64,000 nt of DNA from Verrucomicrobiota bacterium (GCA_049510745.1 JBEKYR010000010.1:32001-96000), one strand, 5' to 3'; positions 9,775 to 20,506 are shown, numbered from the stretch's first letter. The notes: generated from the sequence alone by a model not told the origin. Translations and numbers: made by a program.

Positions 9775-10662
9775 ATGGCTGAATCGCTCGCGCATCGCTG
9801 GGGACAAATCATCGGGGATGGTTTCGAGATGTTCGTACGCAACATTCTGGGCGAAGTTGCGCGGCGGCATGGACTCTACCTCGATTTCAAGCGACCGCGC
9901 GGGGCGCGAGGCGGCCAGGGCAAAGTGACGTGGCAGGATGGCTACGGCAACAAACACGACCTCGACTATGTTTTGGAGCGCGGCGGAACGGAGGAGACGC
10001 TTGGCGTGCCAATCGCTTTCGTCGAGTCGGCGTGGCGGCGCTACACCAAGCACTCGAAGAACAAGGTGCAGGAGATCGAAGCGGCAGTGATGCCGATTGC
10101 CTTGACGTTTTCGCGTCATCAACCGTTCTGCGGCGCCGTGCTTGCGGGTGAATTTACGCGGAATGCGCTGCATCAGTTGGAGTCGAAAGGCTTCGCCGTC
10201 CTGCACATTTCTTACGACTCCATTCTGGCTGCTTTCAGGGAACTCGGCATTGACGCCTCATCGGAAGACGGCGTAGGTGGCACAACCGAGGAGCAATTTC
10301 GGCAGAAGATTGCGCAATGGGAATCCCTGCCACAGCCGCAAGGGACTGACCGTCTGCTGGCGAAACTTCACGCGCTTCACCAGCGCGAGATCGCGGATTT
10401 CAAGCAGCGTCTTGAGGCCGCGCTCACCCGCCAGGTGGCTTCGGTTCGGCTGACGGTGCTTCGCGGCCATTCTGTCGAGTGTTCAGACGTTGACAGCGCG
10501 ATTGCCTATTTGATTGAGGAAGAGCGGAGCTACCGATTGCGCGAAGGCGGCGAACAGCGCGAGGCATTTGAGGTTCAGATTCGATTCAACACCGGTGCGA
10601 AAATCGAAGCAACCTTCCCAAAGCGCGCCGAGGCCATTGCGTTTCTCCGCACTTTCGCCTGA
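9775..10662 (+). CDS. Putative type II restriction endonuclease
   Basis: Starts 14 bp after the methyltransferase. Acidic core HDLDYVLE...AFVESAWRRYTKHSKNKVQEI is compatible with a divergent PD-(D/E)xK fold. Confidence 0.7.
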   Translation: MAESLAHRWGQIIGDGFEMFVRNILGEVARRHGLYLDFKRPRGARGGQGKVTWQDGYGNKHDLDYVLERGGTEETLGVPIAFVESAWRRYTKHSKNKVQEIEAAVMPIALTFSRHQPFCGAVLAGEFTRNALHQLESKGFAVLHISYDSILAAFRELGIDASSEDGVGGTTEEQFRQKIAQWESLPQPQGTDRLLAKLHALHQREIADFKQRLEAALTRQVASVRLTVLRGHSVECSDVDSAIAYLIEEERSYRLREGGEQREAFEVQIRFNTGAKIEATFPKRAEAIAFLRTFA

Positions 10663-10701
10663 GACATTCACGACACCAAGCCCAACCACCGCCCCAAATC
10701 T

Positions 10702-12225
10702 TCATCGGGTACGCCTCGCCGCGGGCAGGCGGCCGATCCATACGTCGCCGGTCGCGTGCTTCCATTCCAATGGGGCCAGGACCGGCTCAGCCGGCGCTTC
10801 CACTGCCAGCCGGTCCTCTGGACGCATCTTCTTGACCCAAGGCTCGAAGGCTTCGACGGCGCCGCCGTTGCGCTGGATGTCGCGATAGATCTTCAAGTCG
10901 TCTGCGGGCATCAGGGCGGGTTCGAAGCCCACGATGTAGCGCCAGCCGGCTTGCGGGTTTTTGAAAAATGTGTTGTAGAAAAATCGCATGTTGCCGGCGT
11001 AGAAAATGCCGTTCTTGCCCGGCATCCAGCCTTGCAGTTTCGGGTCGGCGCCGTTGACGAATGGTTCCATCAGGCAGGAAGTGTAGCGGCGTCCAAAATC
11101 GTTGGTTGCGTCCAGGTAAAGCGGGAGAATAATCAGGCCGCAGACGATGACTCGCGTGACCGCCACACCCTCCCATAATGCGCGCAGGCTGTCCGCACAT
11201 TCCGTCGTTCTTCCTTCTTCCTTCATCCTTCTGCCTTCCCACAACGCGGGCAGGCTGTCGTCAAATTGCGCCGCCATCCAGACGAGCGCCGAGGGCAGCC
11301 CCCAATCGGCCCAAAAGCGGTCCGCCATAAAGCCCAGAATCCAGTTCAGCAAAATCATCCAGAAAACCGGCTGCGAGGCCAGGGGCGGGGAACGTCTGCC
11401 TTGCTGGCGGCACCAGACATAGACGACGGCCAGGAGAACGAGCGTGGCGAATTCGCCGGCGCTGGGTTGAAATTCTCCGACCAGCATCCACTTGGGCAGA
11501 TGTTCCTGATAGACGCACCCCGCCATGAACAGCGCTCCTTTGAGAAAGGCCCACGGCTGGCCCGTGAGGAGCGCGCCGGCGACGGTTCCCACCAGCCAGC
11601 AGCCTGCCAGCCACAACGCGGCGCGCCATCGTTGCGCCAAAAAAAAGGCCGCCACCACCAGGAGCCAGAGATACCACGCCCCGTGCATCCAGACGGAAAG
11701 AGTGAATCCAACGCACGTCGCCGCCACTTTCCACCAGGGCGGATTCCGCTCCGGCTCCTTTGACCACGAAAAGAGCAACCCAATCAGGATGGCCTCGGAC
11801 AACAGATAGGGACGGCCTTGCGTCCAGCGGGTCATCAATTCCGGGATGGCGATCATTTGGGCCAGCACAGCCGCCAGCCAGGCCTCGGGATGCCGCAGCC
11901 AGATCAAGGGAAAGCACAGAACCGCCAGGAGCATGCTCATGACCGAAAAGCTGGCCAAGGCGTCCTCATCCCACCCGCAAACGCGGTTCAGCCGGTCCAG
12001 CAACCATTCCCAGCCGGGGCTGTGATCGACCACGTATTCCGGGCGCATCACGACAATCTCGGAATACGGCTTGTGCGCGAAGGGCTTGGCGACATGCCGG
12101 CGGGCGTCTCCGGCCGGCAGGAAGCCGTAGCCGAGGATTTTCAGGCAGATGAAAAGAGCCGTCAGCACCGCGGCCATCCAGCAGACCAGAGGCACATAAC
12201 GCTCAACTGCGGCGCCATTCTTCAT
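10702..12225 (-). CDS. Polytopic membrane protein, possibly a GT-C-type glycosyltransferase
   Basis: About 10 hydrophobic segments, an acidic GD motif in the first loop, and a soluble C-terminal domain. Confidence 0.7.
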   Translation of the reverse strand: MKNGAAVERYVPLVCWMAAVLTALFICLKILGYGFLPAGDARRHVAKPFAHKPYSEIVVMRPEYVVDHSPGWEWLLDRLNRVCGWDEDALASFSVMSMLLAVLCFPLIWLRHPEAWLAAVLAQMIAIPELMTRWTQGRPYLLSEAILIGLLFSWSKEPERNPPWWKVAATCVGFTLSVWMHGAWYLWLLVVAAFFLAQRWRAALWLAGCWLVGTVAGALLTGQPWAFLKGALFMAGCVYQEHLPKWMLVGEFQPSAGEFATLVLLAVVYVWCRQQGRRSPPLASQPVFWMILLNWILGFMADRFWADWGLPSALVWMAAQFDDSLPALWEGRRMKEEGRTTECADSLRALWEGVAVTRVIVCGLIILPLYLDATNDFGRRYTSCLMEPFVNGADPKLQGWMPGKNGIFYAGNMRFFYNTFFKNPQAGWRYIVGFEPALMPADDLKIYRDIQRNGGAVEAFEPWVKKMRPEDRLAVEAPAEPVLAPLEWKHATGDVWIGRLPAARRTR

Positions 12226-12304
12226 GAATTGGTGCCGGCAATGACGCCGGAAGAGGGCCAGGTTGGCAAGCTATTTCTCCGCGGCGGCAAACGGCCTGCG
12301 CCGC

Positions 12305-14266
12305 TCAAGGAACGGAATTGTTCATGGCGCTTGCGGGGCGCGAAATGTCGTTGATTTTCCAATACACCGCATAACGCTCATGATGCAGTTGGTAGAATGG
12401 AACCAGTCGAATTTCCCGGCCCTCCGCAGTTTTCAATTGAAACGTGAGAGGCTTGCCTTTCACTGCCTTGGCACGGGCCAGCGCCGCATCCGGTGTGCCG
12501 GACAAAACCGGCGCTTCGGGCAGCGGCAATCTGGCGAAGTCCAATTGATCCCGCGCCTGTTGTCCCTGCGGCGGAAGGCCCTCGACGCCCAACTCGCCCG
12601 CCAGCACCACCGGGCCGTAGAGAAAGGCGATGTGTCTCGCGTCGCCGGGCAACGTTTCCAGACGCAAACGCATGGGCAGGCGCACCTCGACTTTGTCATG
12701 CTGGCCCCAAACGCGCTCGATGGTGAGATACGACTCCGGCCCGCTGGCGAGCTTTTGTTTCCGGCCATTGACCCGCACCATTATTTCCCCGGCCCACGCG
12801 GGGCGGCGGATGTGGAGCGCAAACTTCGCGGGCGAAGCGCAGTCAAAGGTCAGCGTTGTCATTTCCTGTTCGGGAAATCTCGTTTCCTGCCGGACCGTCA
12901 CCCCTTTTTCAGCCCAATGAAGTTCGGACGGGATGAACAGGTTTACGTAAAGCGCGTCCGCGCCGTGAAAATAAATGGTGTCGCCGTACTTGGCGTGGTT
13001 CTCCATGCCGGTGCCGACGCAGCACCAGAACGATTGCAGGGGGGTCGAGTAAGTTTTGAAACGTCCCGTTTGCAGCGGCACGAAATAAGTCATCATGCCG
13101 CTCTCCGGGTCTTGCGAGGCGAGGATCTGGTTGTAAAGCCCGCGTTCGTAGAAATCCATCAGCGTGGCGGACGATTCCCACTCAAACAAATGCCGCGTCA
13201 GCTTGAGCATGTTGTAGGTATTGCACGTCTCCGCGGTTGCCGGTGAAAGGTGTCTGGAGAAATCGTTGGTGGGGAAGAAATGCTCCCGGTCGCTGTCCCC
13301 GCCGATGACGTAAGAGCGGCTCGAGGCGACGCGTTGCCAGAAGAATTCGGCGATGTCATGAAACCGTTTGTCGCCGGTCAGCTCATATTGGCGCGCGGCG
13401 CCGGTGATCTTCGGGATCTGGGTGTTGGCGTGCAGTCCGTCCAGCTTGTCCTCGCCGGCGGCCAGCGGGGCGAACACCTTCTCGTGGTTGAAGGCCTGGG
13501 CCAGCTTGAGATGATCGGGATTGCCGGTGACCGCGTATAGGTTGGCGAGCACTTCGTTCATGCCGCCGTGTTCGTTGCCCAGGGCGCGCTGCATCTCTTC
13601 GGCGGAGAGCCGGTCAACGCGGAACTTGAGCCAGTCCGCCATGCGCGTGAGCACGTCGAGCGCCTGCGAGTTGCCGCAGTACTGATGCGTGTCCAGCAGG
13701 CCCGCCATGATTTTGTGCAGCGTATAATAGGGCGCCCAGACCCTTTGCGCTCGGTCCACCCGGTCAAAGAGAGATTCCGGATAGGCGGAAAGGAAACCTT
13801 TGTTAAAACCTTGCGCGGGCATGGCTTCCTGGCATTTGGCCAGTTCGGCGACGATATAGCCGGTCCGCTTTTTCAACTCCGCGTCGCCGGTGCTGGCGTA
13901 CATGAGGGCGCAGGCCGAAAGATAATGGCCCACGCTATGCCCGCGCAGTTCACAATTCGTTTGCTCCCAGCCGCCGAGCGGCTCGGCGGACGAGGGCAGG
14001 CCGGCCGTGACGCGAAAATTGTGCAGCAACCGGTCCGCATCCAGGCTCAACAAATAAGTCTTGTCGCTCAGCATGGCGTCGCGGAACGGGCCGTCGAGCA
14101 AGCGCACGTCTGCCAACGGGAACGGTTCCGCCTTCAACGCGATGACCGGAGAAATTTTTTCAATCGGCGCGGCGGCGGACGCCCTCTCGGGCGAACCCGC
14201 GAAAAGAACGAGGGCGGTGGAAACCAGAAAGGGCGAGGGAGGAAAAGGAAAACAGAATCGCTTCAT
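12305..14266 (-). CDS. GH127/GH146 (DUF1680) beta-L-arabinofuranosidase-like, secreted
   Basis: ELRGHSVGHYLSA, WAPYYTLHKI, EHGGMNE, HANTQIPK, ETCNTYNMLKL, FWCCVGTGME. Confidence 0.92.
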   Translation of the reverse strand: MKRFCFPFPPSPFLVSTALVLFAGSPERASAAAPIEKISPVIALKAEPFPLADVRLLDGPFRDAMLSDKTYLLSLDADRLLHNFRVTAGLPSSAEPLGGWEQTNCELRGHSVGHYLSACALMYASTGDAELKKRTGYIVAELAKCQEAMPAQGFNKGFLSAYPESLFDRVDRAQRVWAPYYTLHKIMAGLLDTHQYCGNSQALDVLTRMADWLKFRVDRLSAEEMQRALGNEHGGMNEVLANLYAVTGNPDHLKLAQAFNHEKVFAPLAAGEDKLDGLHANTQIPKITGAARQYELTGDKRFHDIAEFFWQRVASSRSYVIGGDSDREHFFPTNDFSRHLSPATAETCNTYNMLKLTRHLFEWESSATLMDFYERGLYNQILASQDPESGMMTYFVPLQTGRFKTYSTPLQSFWCCVGTGMENHAKYGDTIYFHGADALYVNLFIPSELHWAEKGVTVRQETRFPEQEMTTLTFDCASPAKFALHIRRPAWAGEIMVRVNGRKQKLASGPESYLTIERVWGQHDKVEVRLPMRLRLETLPGDARHIAFLYGPVVLAGELGVEGLPPQGQQARDQLDFARLPLPEAPVLSGTPDAALARAKAVKGKPLTFQLKTAEGREIRLVPFYQLHHERYAVYWKINDISRPASAMNNSVP

Positions 14267-14357
14267 GGCGGCAGCATAATCCCCGGCCAAAACGCCGTCA
14301 ACGCCCGCGCAACCTGATCGCGAAAAGCATGGCTGCCTTCTGCCGCGTCGCAGACTG

Positions 14358-15500
14358 TCAGCGGCGGGCGGCGGCGACGACGGCGTCGAAGGCGGGCTTG
14401 GGCTGGCATTGCCGGTCGAAGAGCAGCGGGTAACTGGTCCGCCCGCGGACGGGCCAATTGTTGAGCCAGGAATGCGCGTCGCTCACTCCCCAGAATGTCA
14501 CCCGCGAAATCTGGGCGCGATGCCGGATGAATTCGCTGAAGAGATCGGCGTAGCGGGCGGCCAAAGCTTGTTGCACGGAATCGGGCAGGCCGTTGGTGTA
14601 AGGGTTCAGTTCCGCGCGCAATTGAAAACTCTCGGCCACGTCGGCGGCGACCGAGCGCGAGGCCGCCGGCAGCACGTCCACGTCCAATTCCGTGATCATG
14701 ACCTTGATGCCCAACTGCGAGAAGGCATCGATGGTCTCGCCCAGCGTCTGGCGGGTCGGCCAGTCCATTCTGTAATGACCCTGGATTCCAGCCGCCGCAA
14801 TCGGAATGCTGGCGGCTTGGAGCCGTTTGATCAGCGCAATCGCCCCGGCGCGTTTGGGGGCGAACTCAATCGAGTATTCGTTGTAATACAACTGGGCGTC
14901 CGGATCGGCTTCGCGGGCGAATTGATAGGCCTTGACCAGGTAATCGTCGCCGATGATTTTCAGCCAGCGGCTTTGGCGCAACGAACCGTCGTCGTCCACC
15001 GCTTCGTTGACCACGTCCCAGCCGTTGATCTTTCCTTTGTAGCGGCCGACGACGGTGAGAATATGCTCGCGCATGCGTTGGAGCAGCGTGTCCCGGTCCA
15101 CCTCTTTGCCATTCTCATCTTCAAAGACCCAGCGCGGCGTCTGATTGTGCCAGACCAGAGTGTGGCCGATGATAAACATGTGGTTCCGCCGGCCAAGGGC
15201 GACATAGCGGTCGGCCGGCTCGAAGTCGTAGCGGTTTGGTTCCGGGTGGATGTCACCCCATTTCAACGCGTTTTCGGGCGTGATGCTGTTGAAATGCTTT
15301 TGGATCAGCTTCCCCTCGCAATTTTCGTTGTCGGAGGCGGACAACTGTGTCGAGCCAAGGGCCGCGCCGATGAGGAAATCTCCCTTGAAGACCTCTTTCA
15401 AAGCGGGTTCATCGGTCGCGTTTGTCATGGGCAAATGGCAGCCTGTCACGAGGACGGTCAAAACGGGGGCAAGGTATTGCCTCAAAAGGCTTCGGGTCAC
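14358..15500 (-). CDS. GH10 endo-1,4-beta-xylanase (lipoprotein signal)
   Basis: ENALKW, GHTLVWHNQ, WDVVNEA (acid/base), ITELDV (nucleophile), TFWGVSD; lipobox LVTGC. Confidence 0.95.
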   Translation of the reverse strand: MTRSLLRQYLAPVLTVLVTGCHLPMTNATDEPALKEVFKGDFLIGAALGSTQLSASDNENCEGKLIQKHFNSITPENALKWGDIHPEPNRYDFEPADRYVALGRRNHMFIIGHTLVWHNQTPRWVFEDENGKEVDRDTLLQRMREHILTVVGRYKGKINGWDVVNEAVDDDGSLRQSRWLKIIGDDYLVKAYQFAREADPDAQLYYNEYSIEFAPKRAGAIALIKRLQAASIPIAAAGIQGHYRMDWPTRQTLGETIDAFSQLGIKVMITELDVDVLPAASRSVAADVAESFQLRAELNPYTNGLPDSVQQALAARYADLFSEFIRHRAQISRVTFWGVSDAHSWLNNWPVRGRTSYPLLFDRQCQPKPAFDAVVAAARR

Positions 15501-16993
15501 GGGGTCTGCGGCGCGAATTTTTTCCTTCGTTCGACCAGTTCATCCTGGATTTGCAGATTGAGCTTTTTGTCAATTCCGTAAAAGAACGCCAAGGCGACGA
15601 CGCCGACAAAAAATGTGATTGCCGGAACGACGCTGGCCGTGATGCGAATGCCGAGCAGCGAGTGGCCGGTTTGAACCGCGTTGGGCACGTAACCGAAACA
15701 GCCGATCAGCCAGCCGCAGATCGCGCCGCCCAGGCCCAGGCCGGCTTTCAGCGCGAACACGATGCCGGAGAACACCACCCCGGTGGCCCGGCGGCTGGTT
15801 TTCCATTCGGCGTAGTCCGCCACGTCCCCCATCATCGCCCACAGCAGCGGAATGGTGGGCGCATAAGACAGCGCGAGCAAAATGTTGAGCAAAAACATGA
15901 GCTTGACCGCGCCGGGCGGCAGGACGATGAACAGCGCGGCAAAAACGGAAGTTAAAAACAGGCCGGTGACGTACACGCCTTTTTTGCCGAAACGCGACGA
16001 GAGCATTGTGGAACACAGCACGCCGATGATGGTCAGCACTTGGGCGGACATGTTGAAAAACCCGAAGCCGACGGAAACGACATTTTTCTGATCGTCCGTT
16101 GCGATCAGTCCAAACGCATTGAGAATTCCGTGCCACCAACCGCCGGTGTTCAAAGCGGTCGTCACCATCCCGCACGATCGCAGCAGGTCAAACAGCCGCG
16201 TTTTGTCCACGTAATAGGTGAAATAATAAAACAGCGCCGTGCCGCGCAGCGCCAGTGTGGTGAACAAAAACAGCGTCAGCACGAACATCGCCTTCCACGG
16301 GCCGTTTTTCAGAAGATCGGCGAAGTCCTGCTTGAAGGACGGTTTTTGGGCCGGATCGGGATGAACGCGTTCCCGGGCGCTGAGAAATGTGATGACGAAA
16401 AAAACAATCGCGAGAATTGAAAATAATCCAATCGTCAGCGACCAGCCTTTGGCGTTGTCGCCGTGTCCGAATTTGTTGACGAGCGACAACGTCAATCCCT
16501 GCACGACGAACGTCGCGGCCATCGCAAAGAAAAAGCGGTAGGAAGACAGCCTGGTGCGTTCGTTCACGTCGCTCGTCATCACGCCGTTGAGCGCCGAATA
16601 CGGCAGATTGTTGACCGAATAAATGGTCATCAGCAGAAAATAAGTGACGTAGGCGTAAATGAGTTTTCCCGTCGCGCCACAATGCGGCGTCGTGAAAGTC
16701 AGCGTGAATAAAATGGCAAACGGCACCGCCGACCACAAAACCCACGGACGAAATTTCCCCCATCTCGTGTTGGTGCGGTCCGCCACCACCCCCATGAACG
16801 GATCGAAAAAGGCGTCCCAAAACCGCCCGAGCAGCAAAAGTGTTCCGGCGGCCGCGGCGCTGATTCCGAAGGTGTCGGTGTAAAAACCCAGTTGAAACAT
16901 CAGCATCGTTTGGAAAACAAAGTTGGCGCCGGCGTCTCCGAAGCTGTAGCCCACTTTCTCCCAAAACGAAATTTTTTGTCGCGGATCAATCAT
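15497..16993 (-). CDS. Glycoside-pentoside-hexuronide:cation symporter (MFS_2)
   Basis: EKVGYSFGD, DAFFDPFMG, DRTNTRWGKFRPW, DVADYAEWK. Confidence 0.95.
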   Translation of the reverse strand: MIDPRQKISFWEKVGYSFGDAGANFVFQTMLMFQLGFYTDTFGISAAAAGTLLLLGRFWDAFFDPFMGVVADRTNTRWGKFRPWVLWSAVPFAILFTLTFTTPHCGATGKLIYAYVTYFLLMTIYSVNNLPYSALNGVMTSDVNERTRLSSYRFFFAMAATFVVQGLTLSLVNKFGHGDNAKGWSLTIGLFSILAIVFFVITFLSARERVHPDPAQKPSFKQDFADLLKNGPWKAMFVLTLFLFTTLALRGTALFYYFTYYVDKTRLFDLLRSCGMVTTALNTGGWWHGILNAFGLIATDDQKNVVSVGFGFFNMSAQVLTIIGVLCSTMLSSRFGKKGVYVTGLFLTSVFAALFIVLPPGAVKLMFLLNILLALSYAPTIPLLWAMMGDVADYAEWKTSRRATGVVFSGIVFALKAGLGLGGAICGWLIGCFGYVPNAVQTGHSLLGIRITASVVPAITFFVGVVALAFFYGIDKKLNLQIQDELVERRKKFAPQTP

Positions 16994-17037
16994 AAGTTTA
17001 TAATGATATTGTGTTATAGTGTGCGCGGGACGCGCCG

Positions 17038-17925
17038 CTACGAGGAATGCTTTTCCTTCAATCTCTTGGCGACATCCTCCATCGTTCCCTTGAAAGGTCC
17101 GGGTGTTTCCATCTTTATCGAAACCAGCGCGGCCGCGAATTTCAAGGATTCTTCCGCGTCATGATCCAGCCGGCGGGACAGGTAGGCCGCGAAGGTCGTA
17201 TCCCCGCGGCCGGTCCGGCCCGCCATGCTGTTGTTGGAGAACTTCTCATAGAGCGTCCGGCCGTTGACCCGCGCCAGCACGCCCTGGGCGTGCGTGATCA
17301 TGATTTCCGGGCAGCCCCAGGATTCGACAATGATTGCGGCCTTTTCCAGGTCCTCCGTTCCGGTCAGAATACGGGCTTCCACCACGTCCAGCTTGAGTTT
17401 GTCCATCATGCCCGCAATGTCTTTTTTATTTGAGACGTCGCTGAACTCTATGTCATGGGTCACCAGGGTGACGTGGCGGACGAAGCTCTGCATGTCGGCC
17501 GACAGGCTGTACCCCCGGGCCTTCAAACCCTTCATCAGAACCATGTCGAACTCGGTGTCGGAAATCCCGGCCAGATGAACGCACGTGGAGTTGAGCTTCG
17601 GCACGTCGCCAATCGCTATCAAGCCGGCGGTTTTGACCAGGGTCAACTTGCGCTCGTCCACGTTCGCGGATTCGTGCAGCACCCTCGAATAGGTCGTCTC
17701 CGCGCTCGGGATGACGTAGGTGTCCACACCCGCGTCCTTCATGGGCTGAAGGATGTTTTCATCCTTCTTCGCCATTTTGACGACGGCGGCAACTTTTTTC
17801 CCCACTCGCGCCGCCACCATGGCGCCGCACAGAACGGCGCTCCCCGGGGCGACGACCGGTCTGCCGCCGAAGGGAATGATCTCGTCGTAGCACATGTGCC
17901 CGACGAAGGTGATGTCGTAATTCAT
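17038..17925 (-). CDS. PfkB-family carbohydrate kinase
   Basis: FVGHMCYDEI at the N-terminus; GRTGRGDTTFAAY anion-hole motif. Confidence 0.88.
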   Translation of the reverse strand: MNYDITFVGHMCYDEIIPFGGRPVVAPGSAVLCGAMVAARVGKKVAAVVKMAKKDENILQPMKDAGVDTYVIPSAETTYSRVLHESANVDERKLTLVKTAGLIAIGDVPKLNSTCVHLAGISDTEFDMVLMKGLKARGYSLSADMQSFVRHVTLVTHDIEFSDVSNKKDIAGMMDKLKLDVVEARILTGTEDLEKAAIIVESWGCPEIMITHAQGVLARVNGRTLYEKFSNNSMAGRTGRGDTTFAAYLSRRLDHDAEESLKFAAALVSIKMETPGPFKGTMEDVAKRLKEKHSS

Positions 17926-17932
17926 AAACGCG

Positions 17933-20473
17933 TCAATCCTCTTTTATCAGCCCGGACAGGAATGACATCAAGGACTCTGAAACAATGATGGTCGCGCCCT
18001 TTTGCGCTTGCCTCTCTTTGATATGCTGCAGGACCAGGTGCGTCCAGACGGCGCCTGGCCGGGGATAGGCGGCGACGATGTAATGGGGTCCGGGGGCGGA
18101 TTCTCCCGCTTCCTTTTCCAACTCAGCCCGGAGGTTGTCCGGGGTGATCATGGAATTGCCGTAATCGAACACCACCCTGTCCATGTGCTTATAGACGTCC
18201 TTACTCTCTTTTACCATGCCGTAGTAATCCAAAAGCTGGGCGAAGACGTAATTGGAAGTGGTGTAAACGTCCTTGCCCTGGTCCGATTCCACCGGCTGGC
18301 CGTCCTCCGTGCGGGCCATGGCCCAGCCCATGAAGGTGCGGTTGTTCTGGTAGATCGTCTTCAGAATCTTCCTGGCACGATCCTCCGGAATGAAGGACTC
18401 TTCGCCGATGGCAATCAAGTACCAGAGGGCGTCCAGTTGGTTGGTCCACACATCCGTGTTGGTTTTCCCCGTGGCCGGATCGAAACAGGTGACGTAATAC
18501 TGGAGCGGGTCGCCCTTTTTATTTTTTCCGTCCCGCCATAGCTTCTCGAAGCTCGCCCGGGCCTTGTCGAACGCAGTCTGAATCCGCGCCCTGGCGGGTT
18601 GGTCGTTCAACATTTCCGCCATGGTAACCATGGCCTGGCACCCGGCCAGGAAGGTCGTGGCGTCATAGGCGTCCGCTCCGAAGAGCACCAGGTTGTCGAA
18701 GGTGTTCTTCACCTCGTCTGGATAGCCCTCGGGCACCCCGTCGCCGTCATAGTCCTGCTTGAGCAGGAATTCCAGCCCGAATTTGAGCGTCTCCCAATTC
18801 TTCTTGAGAAACTCGGTGTCTCCCGTGAACTTCACATTGCGCAGCACGCGCATCGCCAGCTTGGGGAAAAGGTCCACCCAGTAGTTGTTGTTGTACCAGG
18901 CATAATCGCTGACGTTGCGCAGGGCATGGCCCTTGGGCAGGGCGCCGACGTCGTGCGCCACGCTGCCCTTGACCTTGAAGGCGTCCCGGATTTGGGTCAT
19001 CGACGTGCCCTCGTATTCCTCCGGATGCTCTTGGAAATGCTTTCTGGCTTCCACGAACGAGGAGTGGAAGTGGTAGAAGCGCGGGGTGGGGTCCTCGGCC
19101 TGAATGGAGTCGATGAATCTCTGGCAAAGCTCCTTTTCCACGCGCGGGAACAGGATCAGAAGCACCATGGAATACCAATCCACATCCGATGGATTGATGT
19201 ACGCGTAGTCGAAGCATTCAAGGAACCGTGCCCGCTCATTGCCCTGGTCGTCTTCAACCCAGACGGCGCCGTTTGACAATGGGAAATGGAACTCGTTGAG
19301 CATCAGGCGGGTCAGGCGCAGGGCGCCGGCCCTGTCCTCCTTGTAGGAGGGGCTTGCCTGGATGAAATCCAAAATCCGTTTCTGAAATTTCACCGTCCGG
19401 TCCCACCAGTGCGGATATCTCTCCAGGGCCAGCTTCGCCATGTCGATGACCCGCTCCTCCTTGTCCGCGAAGCTCCTGACGTATTTGCGCTCGAACTTCG
19501 CCCCGTCAACGAAGACCTGTTCCGGGAAGTCCAGGACAACGGCCACGGGAATTCTTTTCGTCGCGCCCGGCTCCAGCGTGAAGGTCAGGCTGAGCGCCGC
19601 TCCGTAATCGCTCTTGGGAAGCGGCTGCCGTTTTTCGTAGAAGCTGCCGTCCGCATTCAAAAGGAGATCCTGGCTGCACCGGTTCAGGCAGAAATAGGGC
19701 TGGATGTCCACCGCAACGCCGGGCGTTTCGGCGACTGCCAGCGCCATCCGGTTCAGGCTTTCCGTGCTTGCCATCACTACTCCCCGCGCATTCGCGGACC
19801 GAAACTCTTTATGCGCATGGCCGTGGACAGGGGCCGAACAGATATAGACGCTGTCCTGGTCAGTCGGTTTAAGCTCCTTTTCCTGGAGGTTGACCAGGGA
19901 CGGCCTGGGCACCACGAGCGTGATCTCCTGGGCCTTGTCCGCGGCGTTTTCCACCTCGAACTCTTCAACGCCCAGTGGCATCGACGTCTCGGCTCCACCC
20001 GACAGGAAGGGGGAAACCAGTCTTCTGGTTACTTTCACCTTCCCCAGCTTATAGGCAATCTCCAGCGATGGCGTGGCGATGGTGAGGGAAACGTTTCTTT
20101 CCGCAATCGGGGGATGGTAGTAGTTCTCAATGGCCGGGATGTCGTCGGGAGCCTCGGGGCTTTGCGGCTTTCTTTGCGTGAGCATGGTGAACTTGCCGCC
20201 GATGCGCACGAAGGGCGCGGAGGCGAATTGGATCGCCTTTTGGTTCAGCAGGATGAGCCGGCCCGCGTCGTTCAGGCGGTTGTACAGACCGTAGGGGGAA
20301 ATGCCGACCGAGCAGGTGGGCGCCCCTTGCAGGGCCACCGTTTGCGGGAACTGCAGGGTCTTGGACATGCCCTGGAAGTGGACCGTCATTTTGTTTTGTT
20401 CGTAAATGGCGGCGATTCTGGCTCCCGCGATGGTGTAAATATCGCGCACGTCGAATGCAGCGGATTTCGGCAT
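17933..20473 (-). CDS. GH116-family glycoside hydrolase (divergent)
   Basis: FLECFDYAYINPSDV, AHDVG, WVDLFPK, DYDGDGVPEG...NTFDN, NQL: (alpha/alpha)6 GH116-like motifs. Confidence 0.8.
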   Translation of the reverse strand: MPKSAAFDVRDIYTIAGARIAAIYEQNKMTVHFQGMSKTLQFPQTVALQGAPTCSVGISPYGLYNRLNDAGRLILLNQKAIQFASAPFVRIGGKFTMLTQRKPQSPEAPDDIPAIENYYHPPIAERNVSLTIATPSLEIAYKLGKVKVTRRLVSPFLSGGAETSMPLGVEEFEVENAADKAQEITLVVPRPSLVNLQEKELKPTDQDSVYICSAPVHGHAHKEFRSANARGVVMASTESLNRMALAVAETPGVAVDIQPYFCLNRCSQDLLLNADGSFYEKRQPLPKSDYGAALSLTFTLEPGATKRIPVAVVLDFPEQVFVDGAKFERKYVRSFADKEERVIDMAKLALERYPHWWDRTVKFQKRILDFIQASPSYKEDRAGALRLTRLMLNEFHFPLSNGAVWVEDDQGNERARFLECFDYAYINPSDVDWYSMVLLILFPRVEKELCQRFIDSIQAEDPTPRFYHFHSSFVEARKHFQEHPEEYEGTSMTQIRDAFKVKGSVAHDVGALPKGHALRNVSDYAWYNNNYWVDLFPKLAMRVLRNVKFTGDTEFLKKNWETLKFGLEFLLKQDYDGDGVPEGYPDEVKNTFDNLVLFGADAYDATTFLAGCQAMVTMAEMLNDQPARARIQTAFDKARASFEKLWRDGKNKKGDPLQYYVTCFDPATGKTNTDVWTNQLDALWYLIAIGEESFIPEDRARKILKTIYQNNRTFMGWAMARTEDGQPVESDQGKDVYTTSNYVFAQLLDYYGMVKESKDVYKHMDRVVFDYGNSMITPDNLRAELEKEAGESAPGPHYIVAAYPRPGAVWTHLVLQHIKERQAQKGATIIVSESLMSFLSGLIKED

Positions 20474-20506
20474 CTTTTCCCCCTCTCGGTTATCAGGCCT
20501 GATCGT

